64,000 nt of DNA, from the NCBI RefSeq assembly GCF_009914755.1, contig NC_060926.1; one strand, 5' to 3'. Below the pieces are notes generated by a model that had not been told where the DNA came from, ran no database searches, and saw nothing but the letters and a program-made list of their open reading frames with translations. The stretch is from the human T2T-CHM13v2.0 reference genome, Homo sapiens. Every line of letters begins with the position of its first letter. Position 1 is the first letter of the stretch. A program made the position numbers and the translations under genes. Of this stretch, positions 29,304 to 42,752 are shown piece after piece.

Positions 29304-30254
29304 TCAAGACATACATACAGATTTAATATGGCCAAGAATTCAGTAACAATAGACTAAAGACTATAAATAAATCTAGTAATAACTTTTAAATATGGGAGTG
29401 GAACAGACAGTAAAAGTTAAAAGGCATCTTATACTTCCAACATTGGCCACACCAACAAGCATTAAGTTTGTACAATACCCTGAAGAGGCTGCCTCCGTGA
29501 AGTTCAGGTGGGGTGATCTGAACCCCACAAAGACCCAAAGTCAACAACAGCAAGAGATCTCGGGTTGAAGAGGCTCCTGCTTCCACCAGGGGGAAACCAC
29601 AGCCGACCTGATGGGGCAGAGCACAGCCAGATTTTCTGGATGTCTAGACCTGCTGTGGGCAGAACCATCCAGGGGAGCCCAGTCGCTCCAGGTCAGAGCC
29701 CTCATTGGCTTCAGTTGGGTCAGAGAAGCAGGACTTTTCCAGGGCCTCACGGAGCTGACCCATAACTGGAATTTTTGGTCAAAGACAGTCCTGGTGGCTT
29801 GAGCCTTCCGGGTCCTGCCATTTCTTTCTTCCCCAACTGCAGTCTGTCTGGGGAATCCCTGTCTGGGGGAGACCAGGCAAAGATTCCCGGCTGACAGGAA
29901 AATGAGCAGCTTTGAAAGCACACGGATCCCTGCATCATTACCTGTTTTCCTCAGCGCTGAGAGACGGCGTCATCTCCTTCCACCAGACCCTCTTCCCTCG
30001 AGACTGTCTCTGGCTTCCTGCTCCCCAGCTGTCCTGATGCCTCTCCACGTGACCACACCCCCTCCCACACTGGACCGCCAGGGACCTGGGCACCATGCCT
30101 CGGCCACGCCAGCCTGGGGAGCCCCCACTTTGCGCTCAGCCCATCTGGCCTTGCGCCCCACCTCCTCGCCCTGCAGCCTCAAGCCTCTTTCTGCTTGAGC
30201 CCAGCCATGAAGGTCAAATGAGACAAGAGAGGCGGCAAGATGATTTTTCATAAG

Positions 30255-30770
30255 AGCATTGATGAGAGAGAATTCACACAGCATAGAATTCACTCTTTTC
30301 AAGTGTACAATTCAGTGGTTTTCAGCATAGTTGTGCAACTACCACCATTATCTAACTCCAGAACATTTTCATCACTGGGAAAGAAACCCACACCCGTGAA
30401 GCAGTCACTCCCCATTCCCCACTCCTCCCTGCCCTTGGCAACCCCTAACCTAATTTCCATCTCTTTTTGCCTATTCTGGACACTTCACAGAAGTGAAATT
30501 ACACGGCGGTGGGGGGGGGCGTTCAGTGCTGAGCTCCTTTCCCTCGGTGCGGTGTCCTCAAAATTCATCCACACTGTCGCATACTTTGTACTTCATTTCT
30601 TTCTATTGCTAAGTTTCCTTTGTACAGATACACCACATTTTGTTTATCCATTCGCCAGCCCATTGACACTTGGGTTGTTTCCGCCTTCTTTGCTGCTGTG
30701 AGTAATGCTGCTAGAAGCATTCCTGTGCGAGTTTCTGCGTGGAAATATGTCTTTATTTTCCCTGGGTAGG
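30255..30770 (-). mobile_element. L1MB 3' fragment
   Basis: aagtgtacaattcagtggttttcagcata...ccacattttgtttatccattc. Confidence 0.8.
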
Positions 30771-30939
30771 GCAAGGTGGTTTTCAAAGGTAAAAGTGCTC
30801 TACATTTAAAATAGAAACCAGTGTCCTGAGCAGCTCATCCCTGGAGGTCACTCAATCTCTTCATGCTTACGCCTCCTTCACTGGCAAACCTGGATGATGA
30901 GACCAACTCTGGACACCTCCAGGGACTACTGTGGGATGG

Positions 30940-31313
30940 TGATGTGGTTTGGCTGTGTCCCGACCCAAATCTCATCTTAAATTTTAGTTCCATAATCCCC
31001 ACGTGTTGTAAGAGGGACCCAGTGGGAGGTAACTGAATCATGGGGACAGTTACCTCCATGCTGTTCTCATGATAGTGAGTTCTCACGAGATCGGACGATT
31101 TTATCAGGGGCTTTTCTCCCCACTTTGCTCTGCAATTTTCCTTGCTGCCGCCATGTGAAGAAGGGCATGTTTGACTTCACCTGCTGTCATGATTGTAAGT
31201 TTCCTAAGGACTTCCCAGTCCTGCAGAACTGTTAGTCAATTAAACCTCTTTCCTTTATAAATCACCCAGTCTCGGGTATGTCTTTATTAGCAGTGTGAGA
31301 ACAGACTAATACA
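30940..31313 (+). mobile_element. THE1 solo LTR
   Basis: tgatgtggtttggctgtgtcc...cagactaataca; 5-bp TSD gatgg. Confidence 0.9.
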
Positions 31314-31739
31314 GATGGAACAACAGGTGTGAAAGTGTTCCTGGAATTTTAAATGCACTTTGCAAACAGAAGGTAATATTTTATCCATGAGACTACTTAA
31401 CAGTTTTTGAAAGTATATGATTGGTTTCAGACTTGAGCATATGACTTAGAGATATGACAGATTTTGAAGTCAGGAGGCTTGTGGATGAAGACTGAATATG
31501 ACAGTTAAAAAGACCAGACTGTTATTTCTACAGCTTGGCAGTTTTCCTATAACGGAGTGGGTAGGGGAGGGAAACACTTGAATATTCACTTGAATATATG
31601 CACTTCCGTGGGAACTCAAAATATTGCACAATGGGAATTCTTTTCAAGTTATTTTGCACAAGATAAAACCTTCTGAATCTTCCAATCTTAACTAGTTTGC
31701 TGTCTTCTTCCCCAAATACTCCCCCTGCCTTCTTGCTCT

Positions 31740-32775
31740 ACGGAAGGCCTGTCTCTGCTCAGAAGCCCTCTCAGTAGAGGCTCCTGTTACCCCCAGAGCC
31801 CTCTGTCTCTGGCTGTGGGGCTGGGTCAAGGGGACCCCTTCTCTTCACTGCACCTCCAGACATTTGCCTTCCCTCCTCCCAACACTCCCAGGCTTTGAAT
31901 CCCATTTCATCTGATGCTGTCACCACTGCCCCTCAGTCACCATCATCTTCCATCTACCATGATCGTTCCAGGCCACCTCCAGAGCACCCACCCACTGAAT
32001 AGCATCTTGATGCTGCCTTCCTACCTGTTCCATTGTTAAGTGCTGAGTTCCTCTACCTAAGGCCAGCACCCCCTGGATCCCATGTCCTCTCACTACCAAC
32101 GATGTCACCCACTTCTCCCTCCTCCTCCTATATCATTCTGGGCCATTCCCTTCCACACACAAACATTCTATTGTTTTCTGTCTTGGAGCCATGTCCTCTG
32201 CCTCTAGCTGCCAACATATTTCCTTTCCTCTGCAGCAAAACTCCTTTAAAGAGTTAGCTATGCTCACCATCTATAGTTTCTCTCCCCCTACATTCACTTG
32301 AGTAAGTCTTTCTATCTCATCATACCACTGAATCAGCTCCTGTCAAGGTCACTGGTGAACTCCACACTGCCAAATCAACAGTCAGTTCTCAGTTCTACCC
32401 CAACTTGTCTCAGGAGCACTTGATGGAGGAGAAAGAAGTTACTTCTCCTGGAAACACTATTATTTCTTCCACTCGCTTCTTCCTCATGGATCATGTCTTT
32501 GATTCCTTTGCCAGGTCTCCTCTTCCCCCAGCCTTACTGTGGATGATCCCAGGATCAGTCCTTACACCTCTTTATTAATATTCATTCTATGTCTCACAAA
32601 GACCATCACAGGCTGACAGTGAGCAAGTTTATATTTCAGACATGGGTCTCGCTCCTGAACCCAAGATCTGAATATTTTAATTGCCTATTTCATCTCCACG
32701 TGATGTCCAATGGGCACTTCCAACTCAATACGTCTTAAACAGAACTCTTGATCTTCCCCATTTCCAAACCCTGGC
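31740..32775 (+). mobile_element. L2 fragment
   Basis: Pyrimidine-rich L2 ORF2 relic (ctcctgtcaaggtcactggtgaactccacactgccaaatc). Confidence 0.7.
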
Positions 32776-32849
32776 AAGCCTTTAACCTCTCTGCTCTTAT
32801 TTCCTTGCCTAGAATACAGGGCACGTAATAGCAACAGTGCAGGCTGGAG

Positions 32850-33005
32850 CTACAGTGCCCGGCTTGGCACTGTTCACTTGCTGTGTGAACTACTTCACCT
32901 CTTCATCCCCAAGTTCCCTCATCTGTAAAATGGAAATAACAATATTAACAGCCCCTACGTTACAGGGTTGCTGTGAAGCGGTTAGAACAGTGTCTACAGG
33001 GTCAG
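32850..33005 (+). mobile_element. MIR
   Basis: agttccctcatctgtaaaatggaaataacaata. Confidence 0.75.
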
Positions 33006-33567
33006 CGCTGTAATACCTGTTGGAAATTATTCTTACGAAGACCAAATGAGGTAACTTTGTGCAAGTGCTGTGTAAACGACACAGTGCTAGGCACACACTT
33101 CTTTCAGTACCAATGCCACTCGAGTCTGTGAAAAGCAAATGTCAATAATGCTTTCCCAAGATCTTTCTAGACTTAAATTTCAGGACCTAGGTGTTTCCAC
33201 AAAGCACCGTATTTGTTACCGTGAAAGATTAACAAAAAAAGCAGACAAAATGGCATAGTGCTTCTCAGCAATAGCCCCTAAGGGCTTGGCAGGTATACGG
33301 AAGACTGGGAGCTCATCCCCATGGGGTGGTGGGACGCGTAGGGGAGGGGGAGATCTAAGTGTATGATTTTCCTTGCTCACAAGAAGCAGATACTCTATCC
33401 CGAGGCATATTTGAATTTCCTAAAAGGAAAAAAAGTGGGGGAGAGGAGGGAAGTTGAGAGGGGAGGAGAAAAGAAAAGAAAAAAGAAAATAAGAGAAGCA
33501 GAAAGCAAGCCACCTTCTGGCTTGGGGAAGCCCACTCCATGGCTGTGGCTGGGAGCCCATCACTTAC

Positions 33568-33578
33568 GCGTTCGACAT
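33568..33578 (-). CDS. IQCA1: IQCA1/DRC11 coding exon 1 (ATG TCG AAC GC = M-S-N-A, split codon)
   Basis: Minus strand reads ...agccagcaATGTCGAACGC|gtaagt, a consensus donor inside the CpG island. Joins in frame to exon 2 (GC+A = Ala) and matches the remembered N-terminus MSNAMYNKM. Confidence 0.88.
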
Positions 33579-33783
33579 TGCTGGCTACTTTCCCTCTTTT
33601 CCTCGCCCTCCGGGAAGCTCTTCCGTTGCTCTCTGAAGGACGGTGGCAGCAGGGGTCAGGGCACTACCAGGAGCTACAGAGGATTTGGGTGGGGGGTCTT
33701 CTGGAGGGAGAAACCAGGACTGCGAGAATCTTCTGCTTCGGGCAGGAAAAGGTGAGGCCGGGTTTGCTTCGCAGGCACGGAGC

Positions 33784-33958
33784 GCGCAGGCGCAGAGAGG
33801 TGTTTCACTCCTTCCCGTCGCGACCCAGAGACTCGCGAACCTCACTTCGGCCACTCAGGTGGGCGCGACGCGGCCCTAGCAACGGAAACGCCGCGCCTGC
33901 GCATTGCCTTCCGCCTGCCCCCTCCCCCCCCCCGCCCCCCGCATTCCGCGCCTGCGCC
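33784..33958. promoter_or_regulatory. Three NRF1-like motifs at 33784-33794, 33893-33903 and 33948-33958
   Basis: GCGCAGGCGCA, GCGCCTGCGCA and GCGCCTGCGCC resemble the NRF1 consensus YGCGCAYGCGCR. Confidence 0.55.
33870..33887 (+). promoter_or_regulatory. RFX X-box-like site (CCTAGCAAC) overlapping a MYB-type CAACGG
   Basis: Sequence gcggccCTAGCAACGGAA has a perfect RFX 3' half-site and a degenerate 5' half. RFX control is typical of motile-cilia genes. Confidence 0.65.
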
Positions 33959-35429
33959 ACCGCGGGAGGCCTGGGTGGGCGCAGCTGTGGGAGCCGGTCG
34001 GAGTCCGAGCGCTCCGTCGCGGGGCCCGGCCGCTTGGCGAGCCTGCTCCGGGCCCCAGCACTTAGCCTGTGGTCCTCCAGGCCGTCTTCCCGCTTTCCTG
34101 CTGGCCCCATTTTCATCCACTGTCAGCTCTGCGGCCTTGGGCAAGGCCCTTAATGATGGTGGTCTTCAGTTTTCCCATCTGTAAACTGGGTATAACAGTC
34201 GTTCGTTCAGAACTTTACTGGGCATCTATTCTGGGCCAAGTGCAGACTTAGATTCTGGGCACCCAAGACTTAGGCAGACGCGCCCTTCGGAGACTTAATG
34301 AGTATGAACTAAGGCGCGGGTGCGTTGTAAATGTAAAATGCAGTGTGGATGCTATTAACAGTTATCCGTAAGTCGCTATGAGTGTTGGCTTTCATTGCTC
34401 TTCTTTCTTCGACTTTAGTAACTGTTGAGGTTTATTTGCACATTTTAGACCCTGCAGCTCCTATTGGAACGCCAGGTTTAATGCTGTCAAAGGCGTGGAG
34501 AGGACATCCAGGTAAAAATTATAATCAGGATCACAAAACCTCTCCCCCACCATTACTAATGAAATGCGCAAAAGCATAGTAAAAGCCAGCCCTCCGCACC
34601 GCCTTCAAATAATGGAGCAAATTATTTCTCAGACGAGAAATTGAGTACAACCTTGTACCGTAAACTTCAAAAACTCAGTGAAATAGCAGCTTGCCGTGGA
34701 GAATGGTGTCCAGCCTCATCTCCACCCTCCCAAAGCCCTTCAGGGGGCAGAGACCAAGTAGACACAACACCAAGAATTCTCATTAATGCTTTTTGATGCA
34801 AAGAATACACACACTGAAAAGAAGGGGTATGAAAGGGTGAGCCGAACGAGGAAACACCTGGGGAAATCCGGCCAGATAAAACCATCCTGAGTGGAGGTCA
34901 ATCCCTACCGCTCCCAGGACCTGAGCAGGGACAGGAGAAATCTCCAGGGCTTGCCTTTTTCTAGGTCCCTACATTGAATTGAGGCAAAGATTCAAAGTCA
35001 AAGGGCATGTTGTCACAGGAATAGGGCACACTCGTGACAAGAGTGGGAGGATGGTGGTAAAGGAGCTTATCAAAATCTCAGAAGAGAGCACAGAGCCTGG
35101 AAGTTGTGTGGATTCAAGGGAGCAGTCCTTATCCTAAATGTGTACTCAGGTTCCAGAAAAGCAGAGAAAAGTGCAGTATCTCAGCTCTGGAACTCAGATA
35201 CAGTGAGAAGACAGTCAAAGAGAATTCGCCCACATTATATTTGAACAAACAGAACATTTTCAAAGAGCAACACGTGTTAAATAGGAATAAGACAGAAAGA
35301 AGCAGCATATCCACTGTCTAAAACCAAGACTTTCATAAAAGTAGAAGAAAAGAAAGGATTATAACATAGGCCAGACAAGTGAAAGAAAGTCTGGAGAAAA
35401 TCTAACCAAATAAATAAAAGCAGAAAAAT

Positions 35430-35765
<336 letters not shown>

Positions 35766-37107
35766 TAGAATAAGCTAATAAGAACATTAAGGTAATAAAA
35801 TAAGAACTGGGAGAAAATATAAAACAATGGAATGAGAAAGGAAGGAAGATTACACAGCTAAGGAAACCAAAAGAAAAACAGAAGTAGTGCAATACAGAAA
35901 ATAAGTTGGAAAAACCAAGAAATAGACCAGGCACAATTCAGCTGAATTACTGACTTAGAGGAAAAACCTGACTCAATTACAGTAAATGTAGAGAGGAAAG
36001 AGTGAGACACCTGAGCAATTTACAAAAAGGGTTAGTTGATATTCCTGCAAGAAAGACCTTCAACATTAGACTATTTTCAGAGATACAAGAAATGTTTTTG
36101 AAATAAAAGAATTAAATCTGCAGATCAGAAATTCTCACTGTGTTCCAGGGAAAACTGATATACAACACTCAACATCAGGAAATGTCCTGGATACATTATT
36201 GAACTTCAAAGAGAAATGGTAGGAGAAATCTGGCTAGCCTCAGATTTTGATGTCAGATGAAAATGAAGCAATATTTACAAAGTTCTTGGGGAAAAGTGTG
36301 ACCCAAGACTATTTCTACTCATTCACGTTAATAGTCCCAATATGAAAGCCTTCAGGAGATACAGCACTCATGTGCAGATTGACGTGTTAACAAATGCAAA
36401 TAATAGAAACCCAGTGAACATTGGCTTAAACAATAGGAAGATTTAAAATCTCCCTTAACACCAAGAATAGAGGTGGTGGCTCATGATCTCAGTGGCTCAG
36501 TGACATCATCAAGGATCAGTCTTCAATGGTCTTTCCATCTTTTGGAGCTGTCATAGTAACCATACGAAATGACTTCCTTTGTGGTCATAAAATGCCTGTC
36601 ACAGCTCTAGGTCTTATATCCTCACACTGTGACATCCCAAGATAGAAAAAGAACCAGCAGGGAAATATGATACACATTACTGTTTTAGAGTAATGGGGAT
36701 TTACCTGCATTAAGAGGTAGAGAGGTAGATGAAGGAACCCAATCAGAACTCTGTCAGCACAGAAGAAGGCAGGATTGGCTGTAATGTAGGCACCATTCAG
36801 TATGAGCCACCCATGAACTCTTCTAGCAAATAAATTACTTGATGATGAAATACAGACAATCAAAAGATACAAATCAGGTGAAAAAGATTAGCATAATACT
36901 CAATATGAGAAGACGGTGGAACAAGGTTTCTCAATTCTGCAAGAGAACAAATATAGTTCCTCTGTGATTATATCTTAGGAGCTTTGCCAGTTGCTGCACT
37001 TAATGACCTCTTGTTCTCTGTCAGGAAGTATTTGGGACCTGACATAGATCATTTATTAAATCTTATTAACTTTGTGAGGTAGGTAATATTTTCTTCCCCC
37101 CACCAAC

Positions 37108-37339
<232 letters not shown>

Positions 37340-38101
37340 TGAAACCCAGAGAAGTTAAGCAACGGTATGTCCAAAGCCATACTCAAAATGATCATGTAGT
37401 TGGTATTCAAGTCACCTGGTAGTCTGGATTCAAAGATAACACACCTATTATCTTTTTGTTGGTAGCAACACCTACCTTACTATTTGTTTAAAAAAATAGG
37501 TTTTCTGCGAGACAAATGTTACTAAAAGCTGGTTCTCATAACAACCCATCCTTTAGGAAAAATCACTGCTACCTAGGTACATGGATACAGTAGAAAAGGT
37601 TACTTTATCCTCAACATTTAATAATTCATACAGCCTCAGAACCAGACTGCCAGGTCCCTGGGGAAATTAGTCTTCTCAGTCTTCTTGCTACATGTGACAT
37701 TTGGGCAAATATTTATTGATACTTGTTCTGTGAAAAACACAATACTCAACACCATGCAATAGAAAAAAAGTTGGCTCCGATAGGAAGAATTCTGCCTGCA
37801 GGAGTGGAGGAGAGGAGGGGATCATTCAGCAGAACACAGGCTTCTCATCACACGTGCATTTTCACGTGGGGTAATAGGCCTGGAAGGGCTGTTCCAGGTT
37901 GGTCGTCAGATCTGCTTCCTTCAGATTCGTCCAGCCCCCAGGACCCTGCCACCTCCTAAGCATCCCTTCTCTGCCAACACACTTGCAGTGAGAGGGGCGC
38001 CTGACCCCTCTGGGAAGCCCATTCTGGTTTCGGAAAACTCTCACTATTGCTCTTTGGTTTTACATTGAAGCTCCAGGGAAAAACAGAACAATCCAATCCC
38101 T

Positions 38102-38402
38102 CTTTTTTTTTTTTTTGTTTGAGACGGAGTCTCGCTCTTGTTGCCAAGATCTTGTGCGATCTTGACTCATGGCAACCTCCGCCTCCTGGGGTTCAAGCGA
38201 TTCTCCTACCTCAGCCTCCCGAGTAGCTAGGATTGCAGGCATGTGCCACCACATCAGGCTATTTTTTTTTTTTTGGTATATTTAGTAGAGATGGGGTTTC
38301 TCCATGTTTGTCAGGCTGGTCTCAAACTCCCGACCTCAGGTGATCCACCTGCCTTGGCCTCCTGAAGTGCTGGGATTACGGGCGTGAGCCACTGTGCCCG
38401 GC
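38102..38402 (-). mobile_element. Alu (AluS)
   Basis: Antisense dimer; TSD tccaatccctcttt. Confidence 0.9.
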
Positions 38403-38779
38403 TTCCAATCCCTCTTTTATGGGAGCAGTCTTTGAAAAATTTAAGCCCATGTCCACCTGTCCACCTGCACCCCCCGCCCCTAATCAAAGTCCTCTTGGTT
38501 ACAGAGTAAGAACCCTCAGCTTCTTCTACATTACAAGATTTTAAGTTGTCCTTCCCTCTGTGATGCTGTTAACACAACTTAGCATCCTTCAGACATAAAC
38601 CAATGAAACAAAAGCTTCTAGTGGGAGGTGGTAGGCATTTCATCAAGTAGCAAAAGGGGCCCTTCCTTGAGTCTCCACACCTTAGATCCATTGTAGGGCG
38701 GTCACGCCACACCGATGACTCATGATGCCCATAGTCAGCTAACCCCCCAAAACTGCCTACAGTGTCTCCTGCTGAATGT

Positions 38780-39240
38780 CTCCTCTGTTATTCAGTGCAT
38801 ACATCATCCCATCCAGTTCCACGTCATCCCTCAAATGATCCATGCTATTGATAAACATGTTCTCAATGACAAAGCCAGGGCGCCCCACAGCATGGCACCA
38901 GAAATGAGTTCAAGTTAGCACCAATCCACAAGTTATAAACCTGCCAGCTGTGCTATCATCTGGCTTGTATTCCTCCTTGCCCTCAACAAATCCATGAGAT
39001 AAGGATTTTCAAGCGCACAGTAATATGCAGCTATATCCTAGCTATAGCATTGCCTTATGTATTATGTTAGTAACTACAGAAATTTACAATTAGGCTGATC
39101 TGGCATGTCTTGTTTTTGGAAAATCCAAGATGATAATACTTGTTATCTCTGCTTCCTTTTCTAAAAACTCACAAATCATTTTAATGGTCTGGAATATTTC
39201 CTGTGATCACATGAAGTTCACTGGGCCAGAACCTGACCTA
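38780..39240 (-). mobile_element. L3/CR1 LINE relic
   Basis: Contains tctggcatgtcttgtttttgg and attgataaacatgtt...cagggcgccccac, resembling antisense CR1 reverse-transcriptase sequence. Confidence 0.5.
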
Positions 39241-40684
39241 TTTTATTTTAATGAGTCATCAGTCACTCAGAACCGCACAATTCTCTCCTGTAGTTTTTTT
39301 CATTATGCCATGACAATTCAGCCAAACCAGGGAACTTGTTTCTTTACCAGGCCTGAACCGGGGTTAAAGGGTCCCAAAGCAGCTCATCTGTCTACACCTC
39401 GGTCTAAGACAACTCAAGCTGCAACAGGAAGCAGGGCCTTTTCCTGCCACACGGTGGCAGGCCAGCCACTAACCAGTCAAAGTGGGGAGGATGCAATGCT
39501 TCCTGCTGCCACCTTCTCACCCAAGGACCCAGGCTCCTTCCTCACCTCCTTCGCTAACACCCCCTCCCATTTCCCCCAGTAACGGTAAGACTAAAGCATG
39601 ACAAGACAGGAATACACTGTACCAAAAGATGAGGCTGTAAATACCAAGCACAGTGGACTGAGACCTTGCCCAGGAAGGCTCCTGGCAGCTTGCGGGAGAG
39701 CACTGGCCATGGAACTGACCATTAACATCCACCAAGGAGAAGCTACTTCCTTGAAGGGCCAGAGCAGGTCCTGGGCTTCCAGGGAGGACCAGAGCTCTGC
39801 TCCATCCACCCTGGTCTCTCTATCCTACTCAGTTCCATTCCAGGGTCCCATCCTGCCAGGCCTGAGTGATATTAATAAGCTTATTTTCTCTTCTTACATG
39901 AAAACTCTGAGCTTACTTGTTTAGTAACCATTCTGTGTACCTTGCTAGGCATCTGAGGTCCAAATCATTATTTTGATTCACTTTTCAAATAATTTCCTCT
40001 AAATTGGTCACTATTTCTTCCACAATTACTATGTTTTTGTCCTAAACAGTTGATGCCTTATTTTATGTCAAATGTACATGTCTTTATACAGCCTCATAAT
40101 CAGACTGCCAGGTATCTGGGAAAATGTTTTTTTCTCCGTGTTCTCAATATGTATGAATTCAGTTGGGCAAATATTATGGACACCCATACTATGCCAATCA
40201 CAATACTCAATGTGGTGCAATAGAAAAAGAAACCTTTGATAGGAATTCAGCCTTCAGGGAGTGGAGTAGAAGAGATAAAGGTAGGGGGTGATTAAATGTC
40301 ACAGCACAAAGTCTTTTGGGAGTTTAGAAGAGAGAGGGGCTACTTTGCCCTTGGGAAAGTGGAAGGTGTTATGCTGGTGGGATTAGAGCTAGCTACGTAA
40401 AAGGTGAGTGGGGCTTTGACCTGAGGAAATGGGAGACCATGCCAGGTGAAGGAAACAACACGGCAAAGGTAGAGCAGCAGGAAAAGTACAGGGATATGTT
40501 CGTTCGAGAGCCAGTATTTGCCTTTGACCTGGGAATCGACTCAGGCCAGATGTTATATGGACTTGATAGCAGGCCGAGAACTTTGGACTGAATTGTACGG
40601 CGACCCTCAAACTATGGAGGTTTATGTGAGCAAGATAATTGCTCACAGGGTCATGAGGCAGGGGACAATTCAAAGACAAGAAGT

Positions 40685-41075
40685 AGAGATGAGTGGATAA
40701 ACAAAATGTGGTGTATATGTAAATAGAACAACATACAGCTGTAGAGAAGAATGAAGTTCTGACACATGCTATAGCATGGATGAACCCTGAAAATATTACG
40801 CTGAGTGAAATAAGCCAGACACAAAGGAACACACTTTGTATGATTCCACATCATATGAAATGTCTAGAACAGGCAAATTTGTAAAGACAGAAAGTGGATT
40901 AGAGGTTAACGGGCTGGTGGAAGGAGGGAGTGGGGAGTTATTTCTTAATGTGTACAGAGTTTTTGGGGTGATGAAAAATTTTGAAATATAGTGGTGATGG
41001 TTGTACAACAACATTGCGGATGTAATTAATGTCACTGAATTACACACTTACAAAGCTAAAATGGCACATTGTATA
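40685..41075 (+). mobile_element. L1MB 3' fragment
   Basis: gatgagtggataaacaaaatgtgg...gtcactgaattacacactta. Confidence 0.85.
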
Positions 41076-42115
41076 TTTGAGAGAGAGAAGCATGACAAGA
41101 CAGAAATACACTCTACCAAAAGACCAGGCTGTAAAAACTAAGCACAACAGACTGAGGACCTCGCCTAAGGCTCCTGGCAGCTTGGGGGGAGGCACTGGCT
41201 ATGAACTGATCATTGACATTGACCAAGGAGAAGCTAACTGATACCTAGACATTTTTGAATGAGAAACGAAGAATAGAGGAGAAGGTATAAAATGTTGAGA
41301 AAGTACAATTCATGGGATTGCGGTGTGGCTCAGAGAGGGAGAATTCTGAGCTGAGCTGAGGCTTCAGTGGCAGGTGGCTCGAAGGAGCAGAGCTGGAGGT
41401 TGGGCTGGGGAAGGAATGGAGGCTGAAGAATGGAGGAGCTAGAGCGAGTAAGTACAGAGACACCTACTGAAGCTTGGTGAAGGAGACAGGAAGGTAGCTC
41501 AAAAGTGATAAGCATATGGGAAGATGTTTCAAATTAGGGAGTCAGAAACTTATTTTTAGGATAAATGGAAAGAAAGAATTTGAAGATGTATTCCTCTGCC
41601 AAGTGCACGTCAATTTTTAAACCCTGGTCTAGAAGCACTCTTCTGGGATATAATTTGCACTGGCATCTCACCACCCTTATTTCTTTCCAAGAAATCCCAA
41701 TACTCTGTGTTCTCACACCATACATAGACCCTTCCCTGAGAGTTTTGGTGGTGTGATTCAGCCTTTAAGGAACCAGCTGGAGTAAGTGGCAGAGTGCTGT
41801 TTTGGTAAGTCTTGAAAAGGTTTCTGTAACACCCCAGAGAAAGGCCAGGAAGGCATCATGCCTCTCTTATTGGCCAGGGCACAGTGGGGGTCACCCAGTG
41901 TCACACTGTGTCCCTTCCTTCCTAATTATAGGTTTCCTAAAACTCTCGCAATGTGTGGATCATGCCTATGAGTCTGTAGAGCCCAGGATGCTGCTTATTT
42001 TCGTTTAATATTTTACTTAGTTTATTGATGCTCAAAACTAGGTAACAATGTAGTCAGGCATGTTATAAGCTGGTTGTTCATTAGAAAATAAAAACTGGGC
42101 ATTTGATTACTGTAA

Positions 42116-42752
<637 letters not shown>

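Larger units (their letters stand above)
33540..34330. promoter_or_regulatory. CpG island: IQCA1 promoter and 5' UTR
   Basis: Sharp local rise in GC and CpG content around the start codon. GC box (ccccgccccc) near 33930. No obvious TATA box. Confidence 0.88.

Noticed and set aside
33363-34251. Several Arg/Gly/Pro-rich ORFs of 60-204 aa
   Set aside because: Stop codons are scarce in a CpG island; no recognisable domain.
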